Positions 41,014 to 53,239 are shown, numbered from the stretch's first letter. The stretch is DNA of 64,000 nucleotides from Lytechinus pictus (GCF_037042905.1 NC_087245.1:14634001-14698000), one strand, 5' to 3'. Notes: generated by a model from the sequence alone, not told the origin. Program-made: numbers and translations.

Positions 41014-42168
41014 CCCCCCCCCCTCCGGCGAATCAATTTTTAATTTTGATAGGGGGTGAGCTGAGGGGGGTCTAAGTTATGGGTGTGAAAACTTTTTTTG
41101 TGTGGTATTTCTGATTTTCAACAGAAGGGCAATAACACACAAATACCACATATTTGAATTGACAGTACTACACAATGGGCTATGACGTAACATGCTTTCA
41201 TGTGGTAATTTTGATTTACCACAGCAGTATAATTCCACACAAATACCACATATTTGAATTGACACACAATGGCATCATGTGGTATTGCATTCATGCGGTA
41301 AGTTTGATTTACCGCAGAGCATAACACCACAAAAATACCACATATTTGAATTTACATTACCACACAATGGGCTAATGTGGAAACATGCTTTCATATGTGG
41401 TAATTTTGATTTACCACAGCAGTATAAAAATACCACACAAATACCACACGTTACCACACAATGGCATCATGAGGTAAAGCATTCATGTGGTAATTTTGTT
41501 TTACCACAGAAGTATACAATACACAAATACCACATATTTGAATTTACATTACCACACAATGGCATCATGAGGTAACATGCATTCCTGTGGTAATTTTGAT
41601 TTACCACAGAAATATAACAATACCACACATACCACATATTTGAATTTACATTACCACACAATGGCATCATGAGGTAACATGCATTCATGTGGTAATTTTG
41701 ATTTACCACAGAAATATAACAATACCACACAAATACCACATATTTGAATTTACATTACCACACAATGGCATCATGAGGTAACATGCATTCATGTGGTAAT
41801 TTTGATTTACCACAGAAATATAACAATACCACACAAATACCACATATTTGAATTTACATTACCACACAATGGCATATGAGGTAACATGCATTCATGTGGT
41901 AATTTTGATTTACCACAGAAGTACCACATAGACAACAAATTACCACAGCCACCAGCTGACGTTACCACACAAGGATATGGAAAATTACCACAGATGTTCA
42001 TGTGGTAACCTACATTCATGTGGTAATTCGTGTGGTAAAGCCGGGTACCACACAGATATACCACACGACATTTTCGTAAGGGCCACTTCGAATATGTAAA
42101 AAATATGTAATAAGTCAAACATTATGGACGACACGTAACTATAATGAAAACGCGGCTTCGGTGTACCA

Positions 42169-42320
42169 CAGGGGAGCGTTTCATCAACATTTTTGTCTGA
42201 CAAGTTGTCAGATCGGACAACTTTCCTTGGTTCTGATTGGCTGAGAGGTACTGTTACCCTGGTAATTGTCAGATAAAACAGGACTTGTCGGATAAAATCC
42301 TTTCATGAAATGCTCCCCTG
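42169..42320. mobile_element. Short MITE
   Basis: CAGGGGAGCGTTTCAT / ATGAAATGCTCCCCTG TIRs. Confidence 0.7.
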
Positions 42321-42454
42321 GAGTGTATACTCGGTTCCCTTTTAATTGTTCTTTCTAATTGATTGATTAATTTTAGTATGTGGAAACAAATATTATTACT
42401 CGGAATATGCTGTATATTTCAATTCAAATACTGAATTAATTTTTACATTTTCAG

Positions 42455-42829
42455 CAAGTGAATATGAGTCAGAGCAACATGGGGATTCGTGCTATTTCTT
42501 TAGGTCACTTGAAAGGTCCTTTCATGATGCGGAAACAGAATGTTCCAACTATGACTTTCATCTGGTCTACATACAGAGTGAGGACGAACAGAATTACATT
42601 GAGCGCCTAATGAATGACCACGATGCCCTGTACTGCTGGATCGGGCTAACCCTCGACGATAATGGAACAGCGGTTTGGATGGATGGGTCCAGTCTCACCT
42701 ACCAAAACACAGATCACAACAGCCACGATCAAGGACTGGAATGTCTCCGCATAAGCAAATATGAAGAGTATACATGGCAGGACACTGATTGTTCTATAAG
42801 ATATCAATATACTTGCGAAAAAGAAATTG
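42455..42829 (+). CDS. C-type lectin domain exon
   Basis: TTTTCAG acceptor, G|GTAATT donor (phase 1-1); SCYFF...FHDAETEC...HLVYIQSEDEQNYI...WIGL...WMDGS...EC...WQDTDC...YTCEK. Confidence 0.92.
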
Positions 42830-43261
42830 GTAATTTTCTTTCAGTAGCTCATAATACATTAATTTTTATGAATAATTTTGTTTTTCAAAAATATTTATGC
42901 GGGTAGATGTTCCATGTATTAGTTTGGAAAAATCATTTGGTGATGTTAGTGGCCCGGTTAGTGCATGATAACCAATACTGTTATGCCTCACGGCCAAAAC
43001 CAGCAACCTACAATAGGCTCAATGGTCATTTTCGGTGTCAAAGCATTCAATGCCATATGACAGAAGATTAGGAACCGATTTTCAGATTTGGTCATTCTAG
43101 CGGATTGTTAGATTCAGTAATGTCTGTCAACCAATCATGTCATTTCGGATTTATGAAAATGCCGACAAATTATACTTTGAAAAGTGCAATTAAGAAAGCT
43201 TTTATGTTAATGATTATGCATTCACAAGTCACGTAAATCACTTTGTTTAAATACGGATATA

Positions 43262-43974
43262 AGACCCCTGTTACACATACGTTTGCAAGTGGACTGAGGC
43301 CGGCCCCGGAGGCGGCTCGACGTATGTGTAACATCAACTTTTTTTGAAAAGCCGGACTGAGGCCAGGTGGACTCAGTCCACCTCTGGATGTGGTTTGAGG
43401 CCGGCCCGAGTCCGGACTCAGTCCCGCAATCGGTAGGTGTAACACCAAAGTGGACTCGGCGCCGGCTTATAAGCGGAAGTGACGCGACCTGTCATCATCA
43501 ACAATGCATCGGCCGGGCGCGCTTTTGCCATTTGGACCAGGCATGCAGTATATATTATAGGTAAGCCTCGCCCCGAGCTTCAAACTCCCGGAATCGCCTT
43601 TTTTGAGCACGTCGAAATTCCCTCCTTCGATCAGAAATAATAGTTACGATATTCTTAACCTTCATAATGCAATTATATAAACAAAATATGGAGGTAAGAT
43701 ATGTGTACGGATCGGTCGCGATGTCGATGAGATCCAATGCAATTAAAAAGACCTGCAAACCGCGCGAAAATATTAAGCGTTTGTTTACATGAAGTGCGCC
43801 CCAACGTCAGCTCGTGAAAAGGCGACGTGAGGCCGGCCTATGTGTAGACGCAAAATTGCGGGCCCGAGACTATGTGTAACAGGGGTTTGATGATTTTGAG
43901 GCGGCTTCAAATTGCAGGCGTGAGGCCGCCTCCGGGGCCGGCTTTGAAAGCCGACGCATGTGTAACAGGGGTCT
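43262..43974. mobile_element. Non-autonomous DNA transposon (PIF/Harbinger-like or TA-TSD type)
   Basis: TIRs AGACCCCTGTTACACAT / ATGTGTAACAGGGGTCT flanked by TA/TA (or TAA/TTA if ends are one base shorter); GC-rich subterminal repeats. Confidence 0.8.
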
Positions 43975-44482
43975 TAGGCTTTGCATGGTGTCAAGTTGGT
44001 ACGAAAAAAAATGAATCAAGTTTTAACGAAAATCCATCACAAACAGAGTCCCCCTTTTTTTAATGTAGAGTTATGACGACGTAAAATGAATAACTGACCA
44101 TGTAATTATCGGGATCATTATGTAATGTAGTAAATAAATTCAAAGAATGTCAGTTCGTTATTTTTCATGATCATTGAAATTATTTTCCTCATATCATCTG
44201 TGAAAAATATCATTAGATTAAAGGAATATAAATTTCCGAGATAATCTTTTAATGGAATTTTTATCGAAAGACATAATATGCGGCTGATCGCATGTGACGT
44301 AACAAAATTAATTTCTAGTATTTAAAATGTCATAAGTCTTATTGTTTGTTGGATTTTCATGAAACCTTGTTGTGTTTTGTTTTGGTTCTTTTTATACATT
44401 TTTTAATGTTTATTGAGACTAACTTTTTGGTGTCATGGTTAATTGCCCTTTGTGTCCACTTTGGATGTTATATGAATAACAG

Positions 44483-44626
44483 AATGCTCAACAACAGCCG
44501 GATCAACTGAGCCAGTGACGACAGCATCTACAACTCAGCTACCTAATACACAGACTTCAATCAGGCCGTCGACAACTACACTGGCAGCAACAATCACCGC
44601 AGCTACCACGTCGGCAACACGTAGAG
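44483..44626 (+). CDS. Thr/Ser-rich mucin-like exon, copy 1
   Basis: CAG acceptor, G|GTAAT donor, 144 nt, phase 1-1; CSTTAGSTEPVTTASTTQLPNTQTSIRPSTTTLAATITAATTSATRR. Confidence 0.8.
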
Positions 44627-44809
44627 GTAATAGCGATTTGCTCCGGGGGTTGTCCTTATTTATATTCTTCCAAGATCTCATACATTACTTATAAGTTGAT
44701 ATATTTGGACAAAAATGCCCTTATTGATTGGTAATCTACACGATGCGGCATCCAGATTTCTCTTCACAAGAACAAGGCAACGAGTACACTTTATTTTTTT
44801 TTAATTTAA

Positions 44810-44982
44810 GCACGTTGTTTAAGCCCGTCACTCTAACAACCATACTGGTTAAACTTTTGAACAACTGTTTAAAACTTTTTAAACAAGTTGTTTAAAAAGT
44901 TTAAACAGGTTGTTTAAAAAGTTAAAACAATTACAATAAAGTTTAAACAATTTTTTTAGAGTGACAGGCTTAAACAACTTGC
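44810..44982. mobile_element. Short hairpin MITE
   Basis: GTTGTTTAAGCCCGTCACTCTA / TAGAGTGACAGGCTTAAACAAC inverted pair. Confidence 0.65.
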
Positions 44983-45271
44983 TATTCCTTTAACAGTGTA
45001 ATAATCCTGCACGCTGAACCAAATAGAACTAGTAGTAGTAGTAGTAGTAGTATAGTAGTAGTAGTAGTTGTAAATGTACTATATTCAACATAACGACTAA
45101 TTTCAAACGCTGCGTATACCCCGGCTTTAGCACGGCTAACCTTATCCATGTTATCGTGTGCTCGAGCATTCAAGAAATAATTCTTAGATTGAGTAATTCA
45201 ATTTCCGAGAATTTTTTTTTCATGGAATTTCTATTGCCCTTTGTGTCTACTTTGGATTTTATTTCAAACAG

Positions 45272-45415
45272 AGAGTTCAACAGCAACTGGATCAACTGAG
45301 CCGGTGACGGCAGCATCTACAAGTCAGCCACTTGATACACAGACTTCATTAAGGCCGACGACGACAACACTGGCAGCAACAATCACTGCAACTACCACGT
45401 CGGTAACACGTAGAG
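45272..45415 (+). CDS. Thr/Ser-rich mucin-like exon, copy 2
   Basis: 144 nt, phase 1-1; SSTATGSTEPVTAASTSQPLDTQTSLRPTTTTLAATITATTTSVTRR; paralogous to 44483-44626. Confidence 0.8.
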
Positions 45416-45615
45416 GTAATGGCGATTTGCTCCGGGGTTTGTTCTTATATTCTTCCTGCTATACAAGAGCATATACATGAAGTATAAATTATGATATTTG
45501 GATAAAAATTGCCTTTATTGAGTAGTAGCCTACACGATGTGGCATTTAGATTTCCCTTGCACAAGAACAAGTTACTACCTTCTCGCGAAACTAAATAGAA
45601 TTAGTAATAGTACAT

Positions 45616-45651
45616 GTAGTAGTAGTAGTAGTAGTCATGGTAGTAGTAGTA

Positions 45652-45709
<58 letters not shown>

Positions 45710-45758
45710 AAGTAGTAATAGTAGTAGTAGTAGTAGTAGTCGTTGTAGTATGTAGTAG
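45616..45758. repeat. (TAG)n microsatellite
   Basis: Read directly; abuts the retrotransposon 3' end. Confidence 0.95.
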
Positions 45759-45759
45759 T

Positions 45760-48258
45760 TGTTATATATCACTTTATTTGCAAATCTGCACATTAAAGGA
45801 ATACAATATACGCCCAGGACATTTCTCTATAATGAGAAAATGCAGGGCAATAAAATTCACTATACAGAAAAAAAAACTTAGAATATAATACAACAATCAA
45901 TATGGAGAAAAATACTGGGAAGTGCAACGAGGTTAGCATTTCTCTATAATGAGAAAATGCAGGGTAATAAAATTCAATATACAGAAAAAAAACTTAGAAT
46001 ATAATACAACAATCGATATGGAGAAAAGTACTGGGAAGTGCAACGAGGTTAGCCAAGGGAAGGAAAATGGAGTCCGTCTATGTACTTGAAACACGGAGAG
46101 GGAGTTTGTTTTCCCACATATTCAGTTTTTTTGAGTAATAAATGACAAAAGATGACACGATGGCCAATTTTGATATATTCTTTCGGAATTGTTTGAGATG
46201 GACGGGACTCCCAGTTTCCTTCAGCAGCCGCTTTAGCCTCGTTGCATTGTCCGGTGAGATGTGGCCTCGAGAGCCGATTTCCAAAGGAAGGAATAACACT
46301 GAATATCGATTGTTTTCTATATCTGTGACTAGGGGGGCGTACTTGTTTGATTTGAACTCATGTGCATTGGATATATTCATTTCAAAAGGGACTGATAATT
46401 CGAGTATGAGAAGTTTCTTTGTGTTCCTCCAAAAAATGCAGATATCTGGTATGAGATTTGTTTGAGTGCATTCTAGTGGTATGGTATATATTCCTTCCTT
46501 TGTCCATCGCCCTTCCTTAAGATCTGTGTACATAATAATTTCCACGAATGACTTTATGCCTTCTTGAATAGATTCGGCCAAATACAATAAGATGTTGTCA
46601 TGACGCCAAGTGTAGCGCCCTTCGTCAAGTAATATAGGGCATGCATTTAGCACATGATGTACTGTTTCTCTATTTTGACATCTATTATAATTTGCTGAAG
46701 ACATTTCCCCCCAGCGAGATAGATTTGCATTTGTATTGAGTGTATCCGAAAGGGAATTCATGAGAAACTTAGCAACTTAATTGGTAGATTATAAATCAAA
46801 CTTTTCCAATCCGCAGATTTTGATTCCATGCTTGCCAATTCAAAAAACTTGCCTTGTACTGAAAGTGATTGGACATGAAGAAGCCAATCTTGTGATCTTT
46901 TTTTGTAGTTGAGAATCTTTAACCTGCTTTTTCAATTTTGGGAGTGTGACATTCGTATCTGGAAGCGATTTAAAGACATTATTACTGTTCACAACTGTTG
47001 ACTTTTTTCTTGTCCACTGAGATTCTCTTTCAAGGGCAACATCTAAGCAATGGTTAACTTTAGCATCCCACGTTGCTCTTATTCTAGTATAATTCTGAGT
47101 TTGAGCTTCGTAATAGAGATCTGAAATGTTGGGTATATTTAGACATTCTGACATATGAAGGAAAGCCAAAGTGGCTGGTCTCGCAAGGCCAGACCACTTT
47201 TTTAGATATCGATTACACAATGCATCTAGTGACTTTAAGTGGGTTTCGGTAAGTTCATTGACTGTAAGGTGGAATCTCAGTGATGGCAGAAAATAGTCAG
47301 CAAATACCTTCAGCTTGTATTCATCACGAATTAAAGCCTTTTCAATGTTTTGGATACCTCTTTCAATAATTGATTTTACATATTGAAATATATCATCTGA
47401 TGAGTTGTCATATGTCACAAACGAGCCTAGGAATTTAAACTCTTCCGTTTTCAGGGTTTCGAGCTCAATATTATCCAATTGAAATTTCAAATCAGTTGGG
47501 GAACCTCCTGATATTGAAAGGGTTCTACATTTTTTCTGTTTTAATTTCAACCCGAGTGACAAAATACGAGAAGAGATTGTAATCATGAGCCGTTGATGGG
47601 TTTTTTTATTTCCTGTTATTAAACAAAAGTCATCTGCAAATGGTGCAGTGATGAACTTTTGACCATCTACTCATATCCGAATCGGCTATTCTCTGAGAGA
47701 GTTTCAATTAATGGATTAAAACAAAGGAGAAAATTATTGGTGATAAAGGATCTCCCTGAAATATACCATTTCTAAAATGAAACTGCTGGGAATTCCAATC
47801 CTTGGTTGAAACAAAGCCGTCAAGGGAAGAGTACAGATTCGTGACATAGTCAGTGATAGGTTTAGGAATCTTATTACGATCAAGACTAAATTTGATAAGG
47901 TCATGTGGTACTGAACCAAAAGCATCTTCCAGATCAAACCAAGTGAAATGTGCAGTTTTACGGGATTTTTTTGTATGTTTGATAATTTCATGTACCACTG
48001 TATTGTGATCAAGACAGCCAGATATACCATGCAAAAATCCCTTCTGAATAGTACGGTCTATATATTCATTCTCTGTTACAAAACATTCAATTCTATAGCA
48101 AGTATTTGATGAAATATTTTGCCAGTCGTGTTTGATAGTGCTATCATTCTAAAATTCTCTGGGAGATTTGTATCGCCCCTCTTATGTATCAATGATACTC
48201 TACTACGAGACCAAGATTGTGGGGGGACTGGGTTTCTTAGTATTTTACTATAGAGGGT
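45760..48258 (-). mobile_element. 5'-truncated, frameshifted RLE-type non-LTR retrotransposon (HERO-like)
   Basis: RT motifs ENFRMIAL, WFDLEDAFGSVPH, GIFQGDPLSP, FADD; degenerate CCHC knuckle ETVHHVLNAC; RYTWRHDNIL; PD...ELSVPFE...K..KY; LEIGSRG; AATAAA near the 3' end. Confidence 0.9.
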
Positions 48259-48328
48259 AGTAGTAGTAGTAGTAGTAGTAGTAATAGTAATAGTAAAAGT
48301 AGTAGAAGAAGTAGTAGTAGTAGTAGTA

Positions 48329-48400
<72 letters not shown>

Positions 48401-48424
48401 ATAGTAGTAGTAGTAGTAGTAGTA
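48258..48424. repeat. (TAG)n microsatellite
   Basis: Read directly; abuts the retrotransposon 5' truncation point. Confidence 0.95.
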
Positions 48425-48772
48425 GAGTGGGTTAATTCTGGGACAGGTGCAACTGCCCCACGGAAATAAAAGGACGGGTATAAGCCTTCCCCTTTCTTTT
48501 ATTTCCGTGGACCGCCCGGGCGCGCCCCTGTGAATTTTCAAAACATTACATCCAATTATCCTCTCGCCAACCTATGTATTAGTTTATGACTATAAATTAC
48601 TTTAAATTCTGGAACTTAGCATAGGTCCTATAGTTTGAAAATATGTTGGTGATAATGACAAAAAGGGGGATGATATCGACGATGGTAAAACTTATGATAC
48701 CTAACTTATGTCAGAATAATACGAGATGACCCATGAATCGAATTGTTTTAGTTATCACAATGTCGTTTTCAG

Positions 48773-49014
48773 GTGATCTGACGTCGTCTTGGTATGAACT
48801 CATCGCTCAGAACGAAAGAATCAAAGAATGGAACATCATCGAGCGACACACGGCGTCGACGGTGATACGGTGTGCGGACCTGTGTTCGACCACGGAGTCG
48901 TGCTCGTGCTTTACATTCATCGCCGACGATGTTGATTGTCTCCTTGGGGAATATGATCCCAGAGACGGCTATATGAACAATCATCCTGGAGCCACCACAT
49001 TTGTGACAATTTAG
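48773..49014 (+). CDS. Terminal exon, PAN/apple-like domain
   Basis: TTTTCAG acceptor, phase 1; STVIRCADLCSTTESCSCFTF...DCLLG shows the C-x3-C-x5-C-x2-F-x-F...C-x-L PAN pattern; TAG stop. Confidence 0.8.
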
Positions 49015-50592
49015 GATATTGAAGGTTCATCCATGGAGCTATTAAACACAGTAATAGCTCTATGGTTCACCTATATTGTAGTATACACCATACCAGGATC
49101 CACATGCCCCTCCTATCTATGCCCCAGTTGGATAATGTTATTTATCCCGCCCCCTTCTTAAACAGATTTGCTGCCCCCTATTTGATTTATTCTTTTTTTG
49201 CGCCCAAATTCTAGAAAAAAAACAAATTCGGACCTTCCTCCTTCACTGTGAGATTCTGCATCTGTGACAAAACTTTTCATTTCATATATTTTCATATTTC
49301 TAGTTTGACATTCAGTGCTTCACATAATTATATAAATGAAATAAACAGCAACAATATTGCATGATATAAACTTACAGACAAATAAAAATTAGTAACACAA
49401 TGATAATAACCATTAAATTTATGAAGCTAAAGTCAGAAAAATGTGATGGGACCTCCATGAAAGCAAGCTTGTAGAACTGTGGGCCCCGATGAAATAAGTT
49501 GTATAAAGTAATGACTGATAGAATACGGATACAAATTTATGAAGGTTTGAATTTCATTTAAATAGAGAAAATACCTCAAAATCATATCTATTATGTTGAA
49601 GGCTGTTTTAACATTAAAATTGTATCAAAACTTATCCTGAATAAGAATCATTACTTTCTCCAATTAGTTCGTTCATCTAGAAATGGTTGAACTAAGTATG
49701 GATCTAGGGCCTAGGGCCTCTTTTTTTTTTTAAATAAAAAATGCATTGTTGTCAAACCATGTTTTCCATCACAATGGAGGAGAAAAAATAAAATTATCAT
49801 TATTATGAATTTTGATGAACAAAAATTATATATAAATAGTGATTGCAGATGTCATGAACTGTCTCATTAATTTGCGTATCACCCGTGTTTTGTACTTAAA
49901 ATTTTCTTATTTTGCATCCGATTTTGATGAAATTTATTTTCAGTTTAATGCTTGTACAATTTTTCTCATGCTGTTAGAATTAAAATTATATAATCTTATT
50001 TGTATCATTTAGCCTAATTGAAATAGCAGTTGGTTTTCAACTGACTTCATAAGTTTGTTTATTCATTTTTAAATAAATGGCTGTACATTATATTTGTGTT
50101 CCTTGAGATCTATTATACATTATATCCATTTAGAGTGTCTGCTTACTGATTCATAATGTGCATAGTACGTGACTTTGTAATGTTTGTTTGTATTTTGTTG
50201 ACGGAAAATAAATGAATAAATATCTGAAAATATCTAAATATCTTTTATGTGCATCGATGAGAATAATTTGTTGATATACTCATTTAAATTTCCATTTTCT
50301 TCATTGAAACTTTACACATTTTTTTTTTATTAAAAACTTGAAATCGTTTATACCAGTGGCGTAATTCCGGTTCGAGCAGCGAGGGGGTGGGGGGGGTGTT
50401 GAAAGAAATATATTGAGCTGAGATCTGTGACTCTCCGTGCTGTCTGCTTTCATGTTCTGCAGAGGCTGTATAAAATTTAGATGTCTATGAGAGTGGGTGT
50501 GTGTGAGGGTGTGTTGACGTGAGGAGGTGTGTGTGTGGGTATGTTCGTAGGTGGTGTGAGCATATGTCTGTGTTTGGGTGTGTGTATGAGGG

Positions 50593-50882
50593 TAATAATA
50601 ATAATAGAGGTATATTTGCCCAGGGTAGCCACTTCAGTTCCGAAAACTGTTCTCCCAGCGGGCCCTGCTATTATTACCCGCGGCTAAGCTAGGCTACCTA
50701 TTCGGTGCACACAGCTTTTTTGAGGAATTACTTCCTGCCGGTACCCATTTACCTCACCTGGGTCGAGTTCAGCACACTGTGGATGAATTCCTTGCTGAAG
50801 GAAATTACGCCATGGCTGGGATTTGAACCCACGATCCTCTGTTTCAAAGACCGGAGACTAATCCACTGGGCCACGACGCTCC
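50593..50882 (-). mobile_element. Full-length tRNA-derived SINE with L2-like tail
   Basis: GGAGCGTCGTGGCCCAGTGGATTAG (A box), GGTTCAAATCCC (B box), body shared with 5543-5760, (TAT)n tail. Confidence 0.9.
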
Positions 50883-51010
50883 AGCATGGGTATGGGTGAG
50901 CGTGGCTGTGTGTGTGTGATGCGTAGGTAATTGCCACCAACCGCGGACGTACATTCTGACAGAACACAATCAAATTGGGCATAGTTGGTAAAAATCGGAC
51001 TGCCCTCGTT

Positions 51011-51437
51011 TTTAGGGGGAAGTTCACGCAGACGAAAAAAAAATTGTTGTAAAATAATAATAAACAATATTGAGGAAATTTTGAGGGAAGTCCATCAAAG
51101 ATTAAGAAAGTTATTACTGAGAATTTTAATATTTTTGTGACGTCATATAATAAAATGCGTTAATTTCATTTTAACGCCTCATGATGACTATTTGTTTTCT
51201 TCAGGAGCAGATGTTGATATACTGCAGGTACAATAAAAATCACTTTCAATTTTTAAAATGTCAATGATTTTTTTACTTCACGACACATGGGAAATACTCG
51301 CTTGTGACGTCACAAATAAACAAATAGATTTATACTTTTAATCGATGATGATTTTCCTCAAACATTCACCAATATTTTTAAATCATTTTTCTGCTATTTT
51401 TACAATAAAGTTTATGTTGGGTGAACTTTCCCTTTTA
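51011..51437. mobile_element. Degenerate Kolobok/T2-like MITE
   Basis: AGGGGGAAGTTCAC / GTGAACTTTCCCTT ends; resembles a remnant at ~4030-4430. Confidence 0.5.
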
Positions 51438-51851
51438 GTCTTAACTGGCAGCAAATGATCCACAAGTTTTTAAAGTTTCATACCTTTGTTTCATAAACAC
51501 GACTGATCGCCATAAATAATATTCCCCCAAAACCATCGAAATCAACTACATTACTGGTAAACTTTCATTAGCACATCCAATAAACGTCATCAGATGCATC
51601 AAGCGGTACGCATGAGTGTGTTTCCGTCACTTTCATGTGTTTGTACCGTCCTCGTTTGACATCATTAATTTACATATATTGTATGTTTCGACTATGCACA
51701 CGATACTACTATTTTTACTTGTGGTAAATCCTTACAAGAGCTGAGGTATCGAGCCAGGTCAAAACGAAGACTCTTACTGGATTCTTGACGATAAATCAAT
51801 AAAATCAACTCTCACAGGACGAAAACGGTACTACTTGGATTAAAGCAAAAG

Positions 51852-52285
51852 TACGGAGCATTTAAAGTGCCATCGACTTGACGACTTTGCGAGATACTCT
51901 ATCTTGCCATGTCGACAATAACTATATTATGTCGACATGGCGAGATACGTTATCTCGCCAAGTCGACTTATGAAAAGTTATATGTCAACTTGGCGAGATA
52001 TTTGGACTCTCGCTGGGCCTTGGACACTTCTTGCCATGTCGACATATAATGTTTTATAAATCGACTTGGCAAGATAAAATATCTCGCTATGTTGACATAT
52101 AACGTTTTATAAGTCAACTTGGTAGTGACCGTATCCGCCATGTTGACATATAACTTTTTATAAGTCGAATTGGCGAGATAACGTATCTCGCCATGTCGAC
52201 ATAATAAGGTTATTATGTCGACATGGCAAGATAAAGTATCTCGCCAAGTCGTCAAGACAGGTAGATGGCCTTCAAAGGCTCCGTA
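51852..52285. mobile_element. IS3EU-like MITE
   Basis: Ends TACGGAGC / GCTCCGTA with exact 6-bp TSD CAAAAG; internal GTCGACATGGCGAGATA repeats in both orientations. Confidence 0.8.
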
Positions 52286-53239
52286 CAAAAGCGTTAGATC
52301 ATAGACCACAATAAATTGATTAGAAGTTTGGGATTATGATTCGCCGTTGTAAACAATATTTTGATAAAATACCATAAGTGACTAAGCTGGAAATTTGGAA
52401 TAAACTAAACCAAACTAAACTAATTAGCTTAGAAAGGATGGGACTTGGTGCGACGTGGGGCAGCTTATAGATAGATTATTACATTTGGGGTGGTCCTCAG
52501 CTCCACCTCTACATGGGTGGCCAGCAACCTAATACATGTATAAAATGCTTCTGAGCGTACTTCCAGGTACCTAATGAAATTTGAACTAATTTCATGCATA
52601 TACTATAGCCTACTAACAATGCATGATTTATTTATTTTTATTTATTCATTCATTTATTTGTTTGTTTATTTATTTCTTTTAATTTTACCATTTATTATTT
52701 AGTTATTCATTTGTTATAATTTCAATATCAATTATGATTTTTTTTTTGCACCTTTCACTCTTTTGACTTAGGCCCCAAATCCAGTTAAATATTCTTTCTT
52801 GTAGCCAAAAGAAAATTACAGAAAATATTTTTAAAGGAAAAAAAAAGGCAAAATAAGAGGACGAAAAAAGAAAGGAGGAGAGAGAGAGAGAGGAAAAAGA
52901 ATAGAGACAAGAAAAGAAGAAAAGAATAGAAAAGGATGTCAAAGAAAAGAAACTGTAAATGAGAAAACAAATGGGGAGCAAAGAAAAGAAAAAAAAGAAG
53001 AAAATAAAATAAAATAAGAAACCTAAAAGGAAAACAGAATAAAAAGAATGAAAAGAAAAATGTAGGAGAAAGAAAGAATACAAATATCATAGCTATTAAT
53101 TCTTTCAGAAAATAAAGCTCCAAAGAGCAAAAAAAGTGGCAAAATAATAATTTCTGACTTGTTGTCAGCCAAACCAAACAAAGAAGAAGAATTAAAGTTG
53201 TCAGAAGTACCCAGTTTGCTGACTCCCGTAAAGCCACTA

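Larger units (their letters stand above)
31489..42082. mobile_element. 10.6-kb CACTA/EnSpm(CMC)-like non-autonomous element with subterminal repeat arrays
   Basis: TIRs CCCTTACAAAAATGTCCTGTGGTA vs revcomp CCCTTACGAAAATGTCGTGTGGTA (22/24); CC/CC 2-bp flanks; dense TTACCACAC motifs at 31500-32370 and 41100-42070. Confidence 0.78.

Noticed and set aside
48248..48541. Poly-Tyr ORF (and poly-Ser/Val ORFs at 45537-45888, poly-Met at 1376-1627)
   Set aside because: Microsatellite translations.
52703..53237. Hydrophobic membrane-protein-like ORFs
   Set aside because: Antisense of an A/G-rich low-complexity tract.
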